Shown in pieces: positions 60,481 to 64,000 of a DNA stretch of 64,000 bases. The DNA comes from Mustelus asterias (Eukaryota). The stretch lies in contig NC_135821.1 of NCBI RefSeq assembly GCF_964213995.1, positions 56,730,001 to 56,794,000 of the forward strand, in the 5' to 3' direction. Made by a program: the position numbers and the translations under genes. How positions within the stretch are numbered: position 1 is the stretch's first letter; the number at the start of each line of letters is the position of its first letter. The notes under the pieces were generated by a model. That model saw only the letters and a program-made list of their open reading frames with translations, did not search any database and was not told where the DNA came from.

Positions 60481-60922
60481 CAAAGAACAAAGAACAAAAC
60501 AGCACAGGAACAGGCCCTTCGGCCCTCCAAGCCCGCGCCGCTCCCTGGTCCAGGATTGAATCCTGAATCCAGGATCCCCGCCCAATTTTCCAGCCTATCT
60601 ACATACCAATATCCTATCCACCGAGCTGTCCCTCACAGCTACGATGCTTTGTTCATCACAACCTATTAACTCACCCCCACCCCCCCATTCCAGACCATGT
60701 GATCTCCAGGGAGAGGCGAAAACCCAGAGTGAAAACCCCAGGGCCAATATGGGGAAAAAAATAATCTGGGAAATTCCTCTCCGACCCCCTGAGGCGATCA
60801 AAACGAGTCCAGGAGATCACACCGGCCCTGATCGGAAAATGCTTCCCAACCCTAGTCATTTCCACTTCCACGAACACCATATGAATTCCCTGCCCCCGAG
60901 ACAGGTTCCCAACTATCCGCAG
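60481..60922 (-). mobile_element. CR1-type 3' UTR fragment
   Basis: gggccgaagggcctgttcctgtgctg...ttctttgttctttg tail on minus. Confidence 0.7.
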
Positions 60923-61344
60923 TACCCTGATGTTGCTTTTTATAGCTCTCCCAGTCTACTGGATTTCTGCTTTTCCCTTGTGTTTTTGTTCATCTTTTCA
61001 GTTGGCATGACGTGCACCCTTACCCTCATTTGCTAACCTGGTTGATTAACTACACAAGTGGGGTCTTTGCCATTAAAGGTTGATACTGATTTTGTATCAT
61101 TCTGAATATTCTGTTTGTCTTTAGATTTACCCTTGGACAGTTCATTACAATTTGTCATTGATTAGAACAATAATAGTAAATGGTGGAGGAATGATACAGC
61201 AACTTTTCTTTGACCTCCAAGTTTATTGTTCATACATCTCAGTAGCATTACAGACCCCCTGTAGTTTCCCCCAACTACCTTAGCTGCGTCCATTTATACT
61301 CTTTTGGAGGTTAAGCCAATGATCATCACCTGTGTTGATGTCTT

Positions 61345-61605
61345 CATTAGTTCAAGGGATGTGGGAATCACTGGCTGGGCCAACATTTATTGCCCATCCC
61401 TGAGGGCATTTAGGAGTCAATCACATTGCTGTGGCTCTGGAGTCACATGTAGGCCAGACCAGGTAAGGATGGCAGATTTTCTTCCCTAAAGAACATTAGT
61501 GAACCAGATGGGTTTTTACGACAATCAACAATGATTTCACGATCGCCATTAAATTTTTAATTGCAGATTTTTGAGTTCAAATTTGAGCATCTGCCATGGT
61601 GTGGT
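61345..61605 (-). mobile_element. SINE, second family
   Basis: Reverse complement of the 42830-43220 core. Confidence 0.75.
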
Positions 61606-61791
61606 TGCAATAATTTTATTGGAAGAAATTTCCACAGCTGCCATAGCCTGTTTTTTAAAAAACACATTTTTGTCAGATGCATTTAATTTTTCCTGATCAT
61701 TTCCCTGTTGGTTTCCTTTCGTTCTGCACTGATACACTGATGTAAAAGGCCAAGCAAGCTCCATATTGAGTCACACTGCCTCAATAACAGT

Positions 61792-62146
61792 CATAGAATC
61801 ATACAATTCCCTACAATGCAGGAGAGGCCATTTGGCCCGTTGAGTCTGCACTGACCCTCTGACAGAGTGTCTTCCCCAAGCCCTTTCCCCTGTCCAATCC
61901 CTGTAACTCCTGACATCCACCATGGCTAATCCATCTAACCTACACATCTTGGGACACTAAGGGACAATTTAGCATGACTAATCTACCTAACCTGCACATC
62001 CTTGGACAGTGGGAGGAAACCGGAGCACCCAGAGGAAACCCACGCAGGCACTGGGAGGATATGCACTCTAAATAGACAGTAACCTGAGGCTGGAATTGAA
62101 CCCAGGTCCCTGGAGCTGTGAGGCAGCAATGCTAACCACTGTGCCA
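61792..62146 (-). mobile_element. HE1-type V-SINE
   Basis: Complete copy. Confidence 0.88.
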
Positions 62147-62279
62147 GATGGTGTCTGGTCTGTATTGGGTTCTGTTTGCATGCCAGAGTAGAGCGCAGAT
62201 GCTGCCAACTGTTCTGAACCTTTTTGCTTTTAGGTGGCACAAGACTTTGCAATTTAATAACATGTCCCATTTTAAAATA

Positions 62280-63320
62280 GACAATGAGGTAATGAGAGTG
62301 AGAAACTTGGGTCTGAAACAACTATGCTAAACTTAAATAAGAGTAATTAGAAAAGAATGAGGGCAGAGTTGGCTGGAGTGGGCTAGGAAAGGAGTTCAGC
62401 AGAAAAGACAGTTGATTAGCAATGGCAAGCATTTATGAAAATAGTTCATGACTCGCAGCAAAGATGTATCCCAGTGAGGAAGAAGGATTCTATGAAGGGG
62501 TTAAATCAATCATGGTTAACCATGGAAATTAAGGATAGTATTAAACTGAAAGAAAAAGCATACAATGTGGCAAAGAGTAGTAGTAAGCCAAAGGATTGGG
62601 AAAGTTTTAAAAACCAACAAAAGATGACCAAAAATAAAGGGAGAAGATAAACTGAGGATAAACTTGACACCAAGAGCTTCTTTAAAGTATGAAAAGGAAG
62701 AGAGAGGCCAACGTGGGCATAGGCCCCTTAGAAAATGAAACTGAGGAAATAATAATGGGGAAGCAGGAAATGGTAGAGGAATTAAACAAATACTTTGTGT
62801 CATAGAAACATAGAAACCCTACAGTGCAGAAGGAGGCCATTCGGCCCATCGAGTCTGCACCGACCACAATCCCACCCAGGCCCTCCCCCCACATATTTTA
62901 CCCGCTAATCCCTCTAACCTACGCATCCCAGGACTCTAAGGGACAATTTTTAACCTGGCCAATCAACCTAACCCGCACATCTTTGGACTGTGGGAGGAAA
63001 CCGGAGCACCCGGAGGAAACCCACGCAGACACGAGGAGAATTGTGTCAGTCGTCGCGGTGGAAGACACTAATAACATTCCAAAAATTCTAAATAATCAAG
63101 GGGCAGAAGGTAAGGGTAAGGGGAGGGGGTGGGGGAAAAGGAATAAATACAATAATTATCACTAGAGAAAAAGTGCTGAAGAATTTTAAGGGCTAAAGGC
63201 TGATAAATCCCTGGACCTGAAGGGTTGCATCCCTGGGTATTAAAGGAGGTAGCAACAGAGATGGTGGGTGCAGTAGTTGTAATCTTTCCAGATTCCTTAA
63301 ATTCAGGAAATGTGCCAGAG
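62280..63320 (+). mobile_element. Decayed CR1 ORF2 segment containing a 5'-truncated V-SINE (62803-63040, minus)
   Basis: QSWLTMEIKDSIKLK, LHPWVLKEVA; TSD ttgtgtca at 62795-62802 and 63041-63048. Confidence 0.85.
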
Positions 63321-63508
63321 GACGGTACAATGGTTAGCACTGCTGTCTCACAGCGCCAGGGACCTGAGTTTGATTCCAGCCTTGGGTCACTGGTTGTGTG
63401 GAGTTTGCACATTCTCCCCGTGTCTGTGTGGATTTCCTCTGGGTGCTCCTCCCACAGTCCAAAGATGTGCGGGTTAGGTGCATTGGCCATGCTAAATTGC
63501 CCCTTAGT
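63321..63508 (+). mobile_element. V-SINE 5' portion
   Basis: Head and V core. Confidence 0.8.
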
Positions 63509-63824
63509 GGCGATAAAGTAGGAAAGTGGAGTTGAGCATTACATCGGATCTCACTGAATGGCGAAGCAGACTCGATGGGCCAAATGGCCTACTTCCGCTC
63601 TTATGTCTTATGGTTGGTAGCCATGATGTGGAGATGCCGGCGTTGGACTGGTTACCAACTAGGGCACAGATTTTAGAGAATTGTCAAAAGCACCAGAGGC
63701 AACATGAGGACATTTTTTTACACAAGTTGTTAGGATTTGGAATGCAATGCCTAATAAGAAAGTAGAGATTCAATAACAACCTTTGTAGGAAATTGGATAT
63801 ATGCTTAAAGGAGAAAATAATTAA

Positions 63825-64000
63825 GAGTAAGACGCTTAGCAGTGTGGAAGATCAGAAGGATCTTGGGGTCCGGGTTCATAGGACGCTCAAAGCAGCGTCG
63901 CAGGTGGAGGCTATGGTTAAGAAGGCGTATGGAATACTGGCCTTCATCAATAGAGGAATTGAGTTTAGAAATCGGGAGATAATGCTGCAGCTGTATAGGA
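63825..64000 (+). mobile_element. CR1 ORF2 fragment running off the window
   Basis: SVEDQKDLGVRVHRTLK...KKAYGILAFINRGIEF. Confidence 0.85.

Overview
Eukaryotic, repeat-rich vertebrate DNA, almost certainly from a shark (HE1-type V-SINEs, HER1/CR1 LINEs and a DeuSINE; species not determinable). Three host genes are reconstructable: RSRP1 (minus, six exons, 40116-29339, about 470 aa), an MGST3-family gene (plus, about 43351/43515-54072) and an intact but intronless SNRPC/U1-C gene (minus, 56826-56341) under its own CpG-island promoter. The rest is mostly transposable elements: a near-intact full-length CR1 LINE whose insertion includes a ~1.77-kb 20-bp tandem array, many truncated CR1 and Rex1 copies, two decayed Gypsy elements, SINEs, a hAT and a Harbinger-like non-autonomous element. 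The most interesting system is a family of short, palindromic, TSD-flanked Penelope-like mini-elements carrying minimal hammerhead-ribozyme cores (at least 7 copies or fragments); one lies 33 nt into an RSRP1 intron and another is part of a triple-nested insertion beside the RSRP1 promoter. All calls were made by eye; repeat family names rest on recalled motifs, not database searches, and repeat boundaries without a stated TSD are approximate.
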